A DNA stretch of 64,000 nucleotides from the human T2T-CHM13v2.0 reference genome, Homo sapiens. The position numbers were made by a program, and so were the translations under genes. The notes below the pieces were generated by a model. That model ran no database searches, was not told the origin of the DNA, and saw only the letters and a program-made list of their open reading frames with translations. The stretch lies in NCBI RefSeq assembly GCF_009914755.1, contig NC_060926.1. One strand, written 5' to 3'. The first letter of the stretch is position 1, and every line of letters begins with the position of its first letter. This document shows positions 47,968 through 62,649 of this stretch, piece after piece.

Positions 47968-50900
47968 GCTTAGATATAGGTTGGTGGGAGAGGTTTCCCA
48001 AAACTTACTCCTAATGGACTTTAGATTCTTACTGTGACATGACTTTGCTGTATCAAGTATATTCAGCTTTGCTGTAGAGAACAATGAATAGATGAAAAGG
48101 GTGAAACCGAGAAGCATATTAAGCACAGAGGGTAGGCGAGCTGCCAGCTCATGAGGTGCAGGTGCATCTCAAAGGGTGTGTTACGGTAAGGAAATGAGTG
48201 AGAAGTGGCTTGTGAAGTAAGGGCAGATTCATCAATGTGTTCAATGGTGAGTTAATTATGGGTGTGATGTGTTGAAGACAGAAGTCTTACATGGAATATA
48301 TGATGGCGCAAATAGTGTTACTGATCATGCCCTCACTGGACTGACAGCTCTGTTACCCCTGCATCAGCCCAGAGCATGCCAATCAAACTGTGGCTGTCCA
48401 GCAGGCTAACTGGCGACCTGCAGCTATAGCCAGTGCAGTACGTCTCTCAGAAGAACAAGTTGCTGTGTTTCTCCAATAGGACACATCTGTGCTGTTGGCT
48501 CTAGGTGCCCTTTGTCTGTGAGGCCCTGATCCAACTCCAAATCTGGTCTTCGTCACCACCCCATCAGCAGGGAAAACCGATGTGGGAGAGGAAGACAGGA
48601 CATGTGAATATGGTGCTAACCAGGCCTCATGCTCTGGGCTTCCCCCCAAATGCTGCCCTGCTATTAACCTGCCCCGTCTCTCACCCCTCACTTCCCTATG
48701 TGTGTTTTAAACACATTTAATAAACCATGGGCTCATCACAAGGTCATCAGATGATGTCATACCCTGGAGACAACTTTCATTTCCCTAAACTTGCACTTCC
48801 CTAGTAGTCCTAGTGAAGCTCTTCAGTTTCAGAGTTTACATTTCCTTGTATGACCACAAGCTTGAACTTCCACTGAGGAGGCAGAAAATTATGGTTCAAC
48901 GCCACCAAGACACGACATCTTAAAAACAGCTTATCTTACTTAATTTTAAGTACAGTATGCACAGAAATCCCCAAATGAGGTTAAGAGAGGTGTGTGGCAC
49001 ACTTGCACAGATTTCTCATTTGAATCCACATATGCTTAAAATCTCTTTTTACTTGGTGTAGAGCTTGGTTCTATAAGTGCCCTTCAGCTCTCTAAACACC
49101 AGATTGTAGCTCCTTGTGGAATGCCCGAGGAAGCGACAAGGAATGAAAAGAAGAGCATGGCTGTTCTTACTGAAGTGGCGGTCGATTTCTAAAAGCCCTT
49201 GCAGAGGATTTCTGTTGTTGCCACCTCTAATTAGTACTGCTGGGATTAAACTTAATAGGTTCTGAAGATAAAGTTAGCACGAAGGAAAAACAAACACACT
49301 GACAAAGCACATTCAGAATCAGCCGTGGGACAGCCGTCACACCTGCTTGTTGCTAAGCTAGCTTCAGGCACCTCGCTTTGGAAATTAGCAGGGTAATGAA
49401 TGTAAAATAAATGAGAAGTCTCTGTGAGGCTCCTTTTCTGACCTGCGCTGAGAGCTGGTGGATGCATGGCCCCAGAGGAGTCTCAAATGCTCAGTGATTG
49501 CGGAGGCCTGCGGACCTTCAGTGCTCAAAGTGTTTGCACGCATCTGGGTGTGCCCAGACAAAGCTGCTGGTCTAGGGAAGCGTAAGTCATCAGCTTGACT
49601 ACCAAAGACCTTGCAAGCTTCCTCATGGTGGCACAAAACTAGCCAATATGACTCAATTCCCAAATAACACTTGCCAGTGATTTGAGAAACGGGAAAATAC
49701 GGTATAGGCAGGGTGGTCAACTCAGGGGCTGAGGAAGGTTTAGGCTGTGAAGGGGAATTTTGAGATGGAGCCTTCAGCCTATGTAGGCTATGTATACATG
49801 AAGAATATTCATCTTGTTGCTTTTTGCTTGAAACGGTACACAAATGGCCTGCTTTTCTCTTTACTTGTTCTTGAAATTGATCAGAAGTAGCTTTCTTGGC
49901 TTGTTTCATAAGATCTTAGGACTTGAGCATCTACTATTAGCAGTGATTAAAATTTCCCCATGTTGTAATAAGGGTGACTGTGAATCTGTGTGGCACTTGA
50001 GATCTCACAAAGTGCATTTACCTTGGAAAATTCACCTTTGCGCTATCTAGAGCCGAGCAGTGTCCTGAGTAGGAATTCCTGTCTGTAACACCCTTCCCCA
50101 CCTCCTACTCCCCAGATGTTCACCTGCATGTCACTATCTCTGGTAATAGCTGGCTTCCGTGTGTCCAGGCACTCCTGGGTCTTGGCCACATATTTTCAAA
50201 GGTCTGGCTCTTGGCATCTGTGCTGAGCTTGGACCCCTCCCTCTTCATATTATGCTCTCCACCCACCCACCCTTCCACACTGCCTCAAGGCTTCCCCTGG
50301 GGGCCTTCCTTGCCCTTCCTCATCAGGCCGGGCACTGCCATCTGAAACAGTCTCATATGCAGTGTGTCCCCCTCCCAGAGCTTGTGCACGGTGTGACTGT
50401 TTATCTGTGTGACTGCATGTGTGTGATCAGTAGCTCATGAACTAGTGACACATGAGGACTTCAGAGCCGGGTTCTTGCAGCTGGTGTGTGCTGGCTGAAC
50501 TTCTGACTCTACCTGGTCACAGCGCAAGTGAACACGTGTTCACTTACACACCTTGGCCTCACTCATTTCAGGGCCAGGGCAGTGCCTGCCCCATGGAGTT
50601 GCTGTGTTGATGAGTGAGGCACATGAAGCACTTAGCAGAGTGCCTGGTGCCCCCACAGCACTTGGGGCCCATGTGTGGGTCTCACCTGTGTGCTGAGACC
50701 TCCTGTGTCTCTTCACCACTGTGTCTCCAGCAGGTATCACAGCACCTAGCACAGGGCAAGCTCCTTATAAATTTGTGAAATAAATGGATGAATAAGTGAG
50801 TTCAAGGGGAAATATATATATTGGTCCCAAAAGGCAAACATATTTATATTTCTAAAATTTAGAGAACTACTTTATGGAATTGAAGTAAAGATGTTTCTTG

Positions 50901-51893
50901 TTTCCACGCCAAAACATGGAAAGTTGATGTACTTGGGACACAATACCATGTGTGCGGTGTGCTCATCTTTTATTCTGAAGACAAATAAGGGGTCTTACTG
51001 TGGAATTAGGGGGCCACACGGGGCTGCAGCTTCTGGGCATCATTGCTCTTTGCTGCTTAATTCCAGCTTACAGGATGTTTCACACAAACACCAAAAACAT
51101 TTTTAAGATGGACCATATCATATTTATCATTGTCTCTACAGTGTTTGGCTTCAATGCATCAAACTTCAAAATATGTGTTTGCTTGAATTCCAATTTCTTG
51201 ACGGATACACGGCTTGGAAACCAAGCCTCCTTTGGCTGATAAAATAAGAACAGAATCTGACACTTAAAAAATTATTTAAGCTTTGCCAAGTGGGAAAAAA
51301 AAGTGTATTCTCCTACTGCTGAGCATCTTGGCTAACTTAATCACTGTTCCCGTCACTGAATCTCCCTTTTTTGTCATGGGACTTCCTGATCGTTAAATCT
51401 ATTTCATAGTAAACATAAGTGAATTTTGGTTTATTGTTATTCTTGTTTACATTGAGAATTAATTTTGAGTGGAAATTATATACTTCATGTTATGTAGATG
51501 AAGTTAGGGTGGATGTTATATTCCAATAATTTTATGGCTTGAAAGAAATTCAATTTTGTTATGTGGAATGATTTCCTAAGAATGAAAAAAGAAAATGACA
51601 GCTTCAATGATCAAAGAAAGAATCATGCAGAGAATCGTTTATGTAGACCTCTCAAATTAAAAAAAATATCCAAGTATTACTGTTTCTTAATTATGTGGTC
51701 TCAAGATGAGTGTTGGAATAATTATGTTATTAGAAACTCAGCCTTTGTGAGAAATTCGTATTTTCATTATTTTATTTAAAAAGCTTTTCAACATTTCTTA
51801 CTGCAAAGAAATGACAATTAGCCCTAGGAGACCAGCCCACCAAAGGCGCATTAATGTCAATCTCAAAACAGATAAAAATAGGACCAAGAATGA

Positions 51894-52328
<435 letters not shown>

Positions 52329-52837
52329 CCAAATACTCTTATAACTACCTTTTGCAGTAAGTATTCAAAGTGACAACTAGCGGGTGTCTTGAAGGCATAT
52401 CAGGGGAGCTTCATTCGGCTGGGGGAGTGGAGACAGCCTTTTGGGGAAAATGACCTTTAAGAGACTCAATGGTCCACAGGAGCCCAGCAGGAGGAGAGGG
52501 AATGAAGAGTTTTGCAGAGAGCTGGATGTGCAAGGGCCCTGTGGTGGGCAGGCTTGGTGGGCTGGGGCAGAGGAAGGCAGGCAGGTGTGGTTTGAGGTAG
52601 GCCACGGTGGCACGCTGGCTGTGTGACAAGGTCTGCAGCATGCCTGTTTGTATCTGTGTATCACTAGGACCTCCCACTAACTCTAGATCCCTCTCCGTCA
52701 TTCATGCTCAAAATTGGTCAGTTTCTTCTCTCTTGTTGGTGGTTAGTGACCCCCTATGGAAGTAGGGCCACTCACTCCTGAATGTGAGGTCAAACGTCCT
52801 CTTCCCCCAAAACCAGATTATTTCCCTTTGGTTAGGG

Positions 52838-53042
52838 CAGTGGTATTCAACCAAGGGGCAGTTTTGCACCCCAGGGCACATTTGACAATGTCCAGGCACA
52901 TTCTTGGCTGTCAGAACTTGGGAAGGGGATGCTAGTGGCATCTAGCGGATATGTTGCTAAACATTGTGCAATGAACAGGACAGCTCCCACAACCAGCAAT
53001 CACCTGGCCCAAAACGTCAAAGGTATGAGGTTGAGAAACCAT
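52838..53042. mobile_element. MER20 hAT-Charlie MITE
   Basis: cagtggtattcaacc..ggggcagttttgc...ggcatctag...gaggttgagaaacc. Confidence 0.85.
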
Positions 53043-54077
53043 TTTAGAATGCATTTTTCAAACCGTAAGATGCGACCTGTTAGTGGATTATGAAATCTCT
53101 CTCTATTAATGAAATAGAGACCATACAAGGTGGGAGTGCATTACATATTGTATGTATGTTTGCATTATATGAATGTCCACCACACATGCATGTATATTTC
53201 TGTATATTGAGTGGCATTGTGAAAGGCATTCTTTATTGCAGGTTGCAGTTTAAAAAGTTGGAAAGTCACTGGAATAGAGAACCTACCAACGTATTTCATC
53301 CCTTCTATCCTTCCAACTCCACCACGAATCTGCCCTATCTTGGCAGAGCTGTATCCAGAGCCCAGGCATGGCTTCAACTACAGCCTCTGCCAGCCATCCC
53401 ATTGCAGTGTAAGCTAGAGGTCAAGGCTGTTCACTCTCTGGCGGGACCACCGTTCCCCATGGCTCAGCCTTCACTCTACCTCCAGCCAACTTTTCCTTCT
53501 TCCAACTCTCCATAAACTTTGTCTTGACTGTTCCCTGTCTGATACGCCACTTGCCACTTTAACTGGTCAATTCTTACTTAACCTTTGAAGACAAACCTTC
53601 AGCCTCCCCTCCTCTGTAGATCCTCAGGGACTTCAGCCCTTGTAGAGTTCACGGTCTCCGTCTCTGTTGTCTGCACAGCATTTTGCGCATCCCTCTGATA
53701 TAACAGTCATTATCTGGGGTTCACGGCTGGTCAGCTGTGGGCTCACTGCGGGCAGTAACTAGATCTGACTTCTCTTGCCATCTTTGGAAACTAAAAGAGT
53801 GACTTATACACATATGAGGTGCTCAAAGGCATTTGACTAATACAGTCATGAAGAGAGATTGTTACTTAGAGTCCTTATATTACTAATTATTTTGTAAACT
53901 GAAATATATTTTTGTGAGGAAAAACTCTCAATATATATCCTGGATTTTCATTAATGTGCATTTTCTTCCACTTTCAAGTTAATTCTTTTTTTTTCCTGAT
54001 TATTTAACAAATACATGCCTATTAAAGACAACTTTGGGTAGACCAGAAGGATGTAAAGAAATCCTTCCCCATGAAGG

Positions 54078-54290
54078 ATATATATTATGTAATGTATAAA
54101 ATAGGTTATATAAATATATAGGTATATATTATATATGAAGTATATATTATATATGAAATATATATTATATATGAAATATATATGAAACATACTATATATG
54201 AAATATATATGAAATACATACTATATATGAAGTATAAATAAATATAAAAGTATATACATTTTACATATGTATATGTACGTATGTGTGTAT
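54078..54290. repeat. TA-rich minisatellite-like tract (tatatatgaaata units)
   Basis: Visible roughly 17-22-nt AT-rich repeats. Confidence 0.85.
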
Positions 54291-54706
54291 AAGTGAATAC
54301 ATGTGCGCCCATCATCCAGCCCCAGCTTATCAACTGAGCAGTGCCCCTAACATTTCCGTACGTTGCTCGGGGTCAGGCTAGACTCTGCTGCCCCCGTGTG
54401 TTCCAGCGCAGAACTGCATAAAGAAAGAGGAGCGCTCGGCCATGCCGCACAGGTCCGGGAGGTTCGCGTTAATGTCCCTTGTTTTTGAGCCCAAGGAACA
54501 AGTATTTAGTCATGATTGCCACTCGTTATAGGCTCTGTTAACAGTGTAAAGAAAGTTGGAAGTTCTCTCCTGAGAAGAAGTAACTTCAATGCGGAAGGAC
54601 CCGGGCTTCTCATGTTTCTCTTTGTATCCCGACCGCCGGGAACTGCCTTACCTGCAGCTACAAAGTCCTGCAAGTGAGGCTTAGGTATTTTCAAATAAAA
54701 TATCAG

Positions 54707-55030
54707 GCTTGGCGGAGTGGCTCACGCTTGTAATCCCAGTACTTTGGGAGGCTGAGGCCTCCTGGGAAGATCGTTTGAACCCAGCAGTTCGAGACCAGCC
54801 TGGGCAATATAATAAGAACCCCTCTTTACAAAAAAATAAAATAAAATTAGCCGGTCGTGGTGGCACCCACCTATGGTCCCAGCTACTTGGGAGGCTGAGG
54901 ATTGGAGGATTGCTTGAACCCGGAAGTTGAGGCTGCCGTGGGCCATGACTGCACTACTGCACTCCAGCCTGGGTAACAGGGCGAGACTCTGTCTCAATAT
55001 AAATAAATAAATTAAACAAAATAAAGAATA
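54707..55030 (+). mobile_element. AluJ-like
   Basis: Diverged sense Alu. Confidence 0.9.
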
Positions 55031-55180
55031 TAAAAGTAAAAAGAAACAAAATATCCAAAGCCAAGACTGCACCACTGCACTCCAGCCTGGGTAACAGGGC
55101 GAGACTCTGTCTCAATATAAATAAATTAATTAAACAAAATAAAGAATATAAAAGTAAAAAGAAACAAAATATCCAAAGCC
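54945..55180 (+). repeat. 118-bp tandem duplication of Alu 3' end, tail and flank
   Basis: 54945-55062 versus 55063-55180, about 3 mismatches. Confidence 0.9.
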
Positions 55181-55460
55181 TGTCAATCCATGTTGTAAAT
55201 ATCAGGATCTTCTGAATTCCAGTAGCCCTGGACCATGGAGAACCCAGTGAAATTACTCTTATTGACTGGAGCTAGGGCTGTCTTAGTTGGACAGTTTATA
55301 TTTCAAGCTTTCTATGAGTTTCACAGGTTCCATGAACTTGGATGGATTTCTGTGGATTTGTTGTGCTTATACACTGAAAGTTTTGTGATGTACATTGCCC
55401 ATCTTTTGCATCTGATTCGATTGTTCTTCTCTACTCATGAAAGTCCTATTTTTCTTCCAG

Positions 55461-55506
55461 ACCCAGATCTTGTGAACTGTTTTCACATTTCCCCATGGAT
55501 GCCTAG
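55461..55506 (+). CDS. CD8B2: candidate distal alternative terminal exon, tail (Q)PRSCELFSHFPMDA-stop
   Basis: Strong acceptor tatttttcttccAG (55459-60), branch-like ctcAt at 55437, stop TAG 55504-06 when joined to exon 5, AATAAA at 55745. Usage is inferred. Confidence 0.5.
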
Positions 55507-55744
55507 CAAGGGACTGGGACTGCCTGATCCGCTTTGGTCAAGAGCACGTGGGTGGCCTGTGTGCAGGCTTATCATCAATAATTGCAGGACTTGGTGGAGT
55601 ATGGTTGAACAGGTGCTCAGACTGCATGCGTGTCTAGCGAGGCCATCCTGAAGCTGCATGGGAGTTGTAAAAAAGTTACCAACAAGTTTTTAGTTATTTG
55701 AATAGGTTTTTGAATAGATTTGGAATGTGGGAAGCAGTTGCAGA

Positions 55745-55750
55745 AATAAA
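55745..55750 (+). terminator. polyadenylation signal for the candidate distal exon
   Basis: AATAAA with downstream tgtagcttgctgttttt GU/U-rich element. Confidence 0.5.
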
Positions 55751-56989
55751 CGTCTTAATGACTAAATGTAGCTTGCTGTTTTTAGCCCAGTTTCACAGAT
55801 CACATCTCTGACCATACTAGTGGGTAGTTTATGTGTCTTCTCATGCGGGGAGAGCCGTTCAACTCACTCCTGAGGCTTAGGCCCAGGTTGGAAGGGGACG
55901 GACTCCCAGCTGGGCTGTTGGGGTCTGGCCTCCTCTCAGCTTCCTCTGGAGGACAGACACAGCCCTTCCAGGCTACCTTTCCAGACACTGTCCAGTCGAA
56001 TCCACTTTCTTACCCATGACCCGAAGCAAGCCACTTCAGCTTCTGATGTCTCCACAACCTCATTTGCGAAATAAGGGACTAGGCTGGACGGTCTTTGAGG
56101 CCTCATCCAATTCAGAGATTCTGGATCCTGCGTTGGAGAAGTGAGGGAGCCTGGTGTGAACTGGGAGAAGGCAGAGGGTGGGAGTGGGCTGTTTCTGTCG
56201 GCTCTCTGAATGGCAGTAAAAGTCCGGGAGGGGACCTTCAGGAGTCATCTCACCTCCTGGAGGTTTTTTTGGGTGTTGACTGTTGAAGGCATCCTCCAGA
56301 GTGGTTCTCCATAGGTCTGGAGGCTTGACCTTTGGGGGATGCTTGTAGAAAGCTGGTTCTTCAGTAAACTTTCAGTGCTTGCAAATGCAGACGCTGAGCC
56401 AGAGCCCCCCAACACTCAGAGGAGGATCATGCCCAAATGTCCTCAGGTGAGACGTCAAGGAGCACCTCCCACCTGGTGCAATCTTCACTCTGCATGGCTG
56501 GTGTCGCCCCCTGTGGGAAACACAGGGGACATGGGAAGCCATGCTGTTGTCACAGGGTTTGCTATGCCATCCTCTGCAGGACGTAACCACCTCTGTAGTA
56601 GGCTCCTGCTAAAAGCCAGTAGGATGCTGACAGCAAGTACTAGCAACAAGTGTTTAATCCATATTCCGAGCCTGCCACCGTCTCCTTTCACTGATATGAC
56701 TCACATGGCTATAGCATCGCACAGTGAAGAAAGCAGACCCTGGCGATGTGGAAAGGAGTAGAATTGACCGCCGTAATCATTAAATGTCACCGTTTAAATA
56801 AGAATTGAACGACCTCTCCTTCTGTGGACTATTCACAGACCCCACACACTTGACCTCACTGTTTATTGTACAGGGGATTGAGAACCATCAACAGATGGGT
56901 GCAGGCCATATGGTAAAGGGTAGGATAGCTTTCCAGTGGGCATCAGTGCAAGCGGTTACAATTCCAGGCCTCTCTTTGTTGATCAAGAG

Positions 56990-57265
56990 GATCCCAGCAC
57001 TTTGAGAGGCCGAAGATTGCTGGATCCCAGGAGTTCAAGACCAGCTAGGCAATATAGTGAAACCCCACCCCTACAAAATATTAAAATATTAGCCAGGTGT
57101 GGTGGTATGCGTCTGTAGCCCCATGGTCCCAGCTACTCAGGAGGCTGAGGCAGGACGATCATTTAAGCCTGGGAATTTGAGGTTGCACAGTGAGCAATGA
57201 TTGGACCACTGCACTCCAGCCTGGGTGACAGAGCAAGACACTATCTAAAAAAAAAAAAAAAAAAA
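56990..57265 (+). mobile_element. AluJ-like, 5' truncated
   Basis: Begins atcccagcactttgagaggc. Confidence 0.9.
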
Positions 57266-58559
57266 GAATTCCATATTGTTGTCTACTTTTTCGTTAAAAC
57301 ACACTCTGCTTCTGCAACAATATAGTTTTCTCCTGCTTTTCTATCTCCTTGGATGAGTCCTCTTTCAGCAATCACATAGATGGCCGACAAACAACAGCTG
57401 TAGTAATAATTATTATTATTTATGCCTTACTGCCACTACTCTAACTGAGGCCACTGACATGCTTTACCGTAATTATGAGCACAGCCTCCTCACAGATTTC
57501 TGGTCCTCTAGTCAGTCAGCCACCCATCCCAGTCCTGTCTTCACACGGCATTCCAAGCAATCATTTATAAAGGCAGCTTCTGAACATGTCTCTTGTCTGC
57601 TTAAACCACTCTAATGCCTCCTGTTTCCCATCCCAATAAGGCCTAAACCCTTTCGGATGGCTCACACTGATTTTCATGTACTTCTTGAAAAGCTAAATAA
57701 GAGAGCTAAAAAAGATGAATTACTTTATCTTTTCAGTAAGAAAGACCCATGAATGGAATTCCAGGGGCAGCTGTTAGAGTGGGTGGCAGAGTCGGAAGCG
57801 TTGCTGCCATTTTTTGAATATCAGCTGTTTCTGGTGCTTTGATATAGGGTATTTCATTTATTTTCTTCAAAAAATCCTATGAGGCCTATATGCTATATTA
57901 TTATCTTAATCTTACAGATGAGGAAACGTAAGCCCAGAAAGGATGAAGTGAAACCAGCAAAGTCACACAGGCAGTAGGTGGCATAGCTGGGATGTAAACC
58001 CAGACCGAGTGCCCACCCGGCACCTGCCGCCTTCACCACCAGCCTCAGGACTGTCAGTGGGCAGTAAGTTGGAATTTTAATAACTTTGGAGACAAATTTA
58101 GCTTCTTAAACAGAAGTGTTTTCTTAGATAAGGAAGGAAATGATATTTTCTTACCACATTTAGTATAATTCATCCTAAACAGAGAAGTTATAATGACAGT
58201 GACAAAGCAGGAATGTGTGTCTTTATTTTCCAGGTCATGCAAGATAAACAGAAAGATTGCTGGCTTCCGGTTTCTAGATTGTAAAATGAGGACTGGAGCC
58301 CATAAACTCCAATAGCATTTTCAGCTTTGAAATTCTGAGACTCTCGGACTGTTAGCTGCAAAACATGTATCTTAAGTTTCTAAGGCAAACGCTTATAAAA
58401 TTAGGAGAACTCACTTATAGTTTTCACACGTTTTAAAATTTAAATACATATGTGTGTGGTTACATAAATATACCCATCTATTGTGGGAGAAGCTATTCAG
58501 AATACCAAACATTTTATTTTCATTAAATATAACAATGCTATTTTTTGCTGTGGCTGGTG

Positions 58560-59120
58560 TTTTGGTCATCTGTTGCTGCATAAAAATCATTCCCAAACAT
58601 AGCAACCTTCAACAGCAGTAATATATATTTTACTCATGAATCTGCAGTTTGAGGAGGGCTCATCAGGGAAGCGTCCTCTCGGCTCTGCTCAGCCTCCCAA
58701 GGCAGTCCGAAGGCTCGGGCTGGAGACACGGAGAGCTCACTCACTTGTGTAATGGATGCAGGCTGTCTGCTGGGACCTTTGCCAGGGCTGCCGGCTCCGA
58801 CCTGTGGCCTCTTTACGTGGCCTGAGGTTCTCATGATATGGGAGACGGGCTCTGAGGACAATCGTCTGGAGACAGAGAGAGAGAGGGAGGGAGAGAGAGC
58901 ATGCACCAGGTGGAAACCCTACCACTTTCTGTGACCCAATCTCTAAAGTCCTGTGGTGTCACTTCTGCGCCTCTTCATTAAGGTAGCCAAAGATGGCCAC
59001 CCAGGAGACGGGAAGGGAAGTTGACTCCATCTTGTGATAATGAGTGGCAATCCTCTGGGACATCATTGAGATCAGAAATAATACTGGGACCATTTTTTAA
59101 AAATGCAGTTTGCTACAGCA
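58560..59120 (-). mobile_element. MLT1-type MaLR LTR
   Basis: tgttgctgcataa...ctcatgaatctgcag...ttgactccatcttgtgat. Confidence 0.6.
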
Positions 59121-59407
59121 TGACTCACTATTGTCTTCCAGCACCATGGCAGACTAGCTCCCTAGAATGTCATACCCTGGAGGAAAAAGATCTTGTCTGC
59201 CTTTTCTTTGATGCGCACAGTGCCTGGTGTGTAGTAAGTTCTACTATCTGTATTCGTGGAATGAATGAAGACTCTGAACATTCAATGATAAGAAAACAAC
59301 AAGCCAACAAAAAATAGGGAGATTTCAGCAGACACTTTACCAAAGAAGAAAAAGAGATGAGAGACAAGCACATGAAAAGATTCTAAACATCATTAGGGAA
59401 ATGCACA

Positions 59408-59985
59408 TTTTTTTTAACTTTTATTTTAGGTTTGGGGGTACATGTGAAGGTTTGTTACGTAGTTAAATATGTGTCATGGGGTTTTGTTGTACATATTATT
59501 TCATCATCCAGGCATTAAACCCAGCACCCAGTAGTTATCTTTTTTGCTCCTCTCCCTCGTCCCACCTTTCCCCCTCAAGTAGACCCTAGTCTCTATTGTT
59601 TCCTTACTTGTGCTCTTAAGTTCTTATCATTTAGCTCCCACTTATAAGTGAGAGCATATGGTATTTGGTTTTCTGTTCCTGCATTAGTTTGCTAAGGACA
59701 ATGACCTCCAGCTCCATCCATGTTCCTGCAAAAGACATGATCTCATTCTTTTTTAATGGCTGGATAGTATTCAATGGGGTATATGTACCATATTTTCTTT
59801 ATCTAATCTGTTATTGATGGGCATTTAGGTTGATTCCATGTTATTGCTATTGTGAGTAGTGCTGCAATGAACATTTGCATGCATATGTCTTTAGGGTAGA
59901 ATGATTTATATTCCTCTGGGTGTGTACTCAGTAATGGAATTGCTGGGTTTAATGGTAGTTCTGCTTTTAGCTCTTTGAGGAATTA
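59408..59985 (-). mobile_element. L1PA16/17-like 3' end nested in an older L1M
   Basis: ttttaacttttattttaggttt...ttagctcccacttataagtgagagc...ttagctctttgaggaat. Confidence 0.85.
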
Positions 59986-60348
59986 ATACCACCCCATACC
60001 TATTAGAATGACTAAAGTTCAAGAATGGCCACACCAAATGTTGCAAGGTTGGGGAGCAACTGGCATTCCCTCATGTGCCGGTGAGAATGTAACTGGTAAA
60101 GCCACTTTGGAAAAGTTTGGCTGTTTCTTAAAATTTTGAACATACACTTACATGATTCCACCTGAGGAATTTAACCAGAGACAAAAACATAAGTCCATGA
60201 CAAAACTTGTACATGAATGTTCATAGCAACTCTCCTCGTAATAGCCAGAATCAGGCAACACCCCAAATGTCCATCAGCACAATTGTGGCTAAACATTTTG
60301 GTATATCCACACCATGGAATATTACCGATCAATAAAAGAAGTGGGCTT

Positions 60349-61044
<696 letters not shown>

Positions 61045-61209
61045 TAATGATACCTAATGAAAGAAGCAAGACAAAAAAGAGTACATACTATAGAATTCCA
61101 TTTACATAAAATTCAAGGAAATGCAAACAAATCTTTAGTGACAGAAAACAGGGCAAGGAGAGGTGGGAGGGAGCGGGCATGAAGGACCAGGAAAATTGTT
61201 TGATTGTAG

Positions 61210-61595
61210 TTGTTTTAGTTTCCTACTGCTACAGTAACCAATCACTGCAAACTTAGTAGCTTAAAACAGCACACATTCATTCCTTATCATTCTGGAGATC
61301 CAAAGTGAGTCTTACGGAGCTAAACTCAAGGTGCCGGCAGAGGTGGTTCCTTCAGAGGATCCAGGGAGATTCTGTTCCTGCCTCTTCCAGCTTCTGGAGG
61401 CTCCTGTTGTCACGTGGCCTTCTCCCTCGTTTAAGAACCCTGTAAGACCCCGATAGTCCAGGATAACCTCCCCATCCCAAGGCTCTTAACTTCCTCACAT
61501 CTGCAAGTCCCTTCTACCATCTGAGGGAACACATTACGGGGTTCTGGGGGTTAGGATGTGAACATCTTTGGGGGCCATTATTTTAGCCTACCACG
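61210..61595 (-). mobile_element. MLT1B/C-type MaLR LTR
   Basis: ttagtttcctactgct...agcttaaaacagcac...ggccattattttagcctaccac. Confidence 0.75.
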
Positions 61596-61758
61596 GTGGC
61601 AGTCTTTCCACAGGTGTATACATATGGCAAAACTTATACACTTTATGTGCAGGGCGATTTATTTTCTACCAAATGTAAATCATATATAAATATAATTACA
61701 TAACAATTATATAATTAAATTATGTAATATAAATATAAATATAATTATATCAAAATAA

Positions 61759-62139
<381 letters not shown>

Positions 62140-62175
62140 TGATATCTGAATTATCACTCTGAGTAATTATATGAA

Positions 62176-62223
<48 letters not shown>
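62176..62223. repeat. compound (TG)n(AT)12(AC)n microsatellite
   Basis: Self-complementary over 62182-62223. Confidence 0.9.
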
Positions 62224-62339
62224 ATACATAATACATATATATAAAATCACAACTGCTGGCTGTTGGATCTTCTAGCAGCTCTCATCATGCGCTCATATCT
62301 ACATGTACTCTGTACATCAGAGATGAAAATAAAGTTTTT

Positions 62340-62649
<310 letters not shown>

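Noticed and set aside
49385-49909. 174-aa minus-strand ORF in unique sequence
   Set aside because: No recognisable homology or motif and no supportable gene structure.
55235-55651. 138-aa ORF ending ...VLRLHACLARPS, similar to the M-3 tail start LRLH
   Set aside because: Only a 4-residue match that does not extend, and it is in a different frame from the exon-5-compatible frame at the 55461 acceptor.
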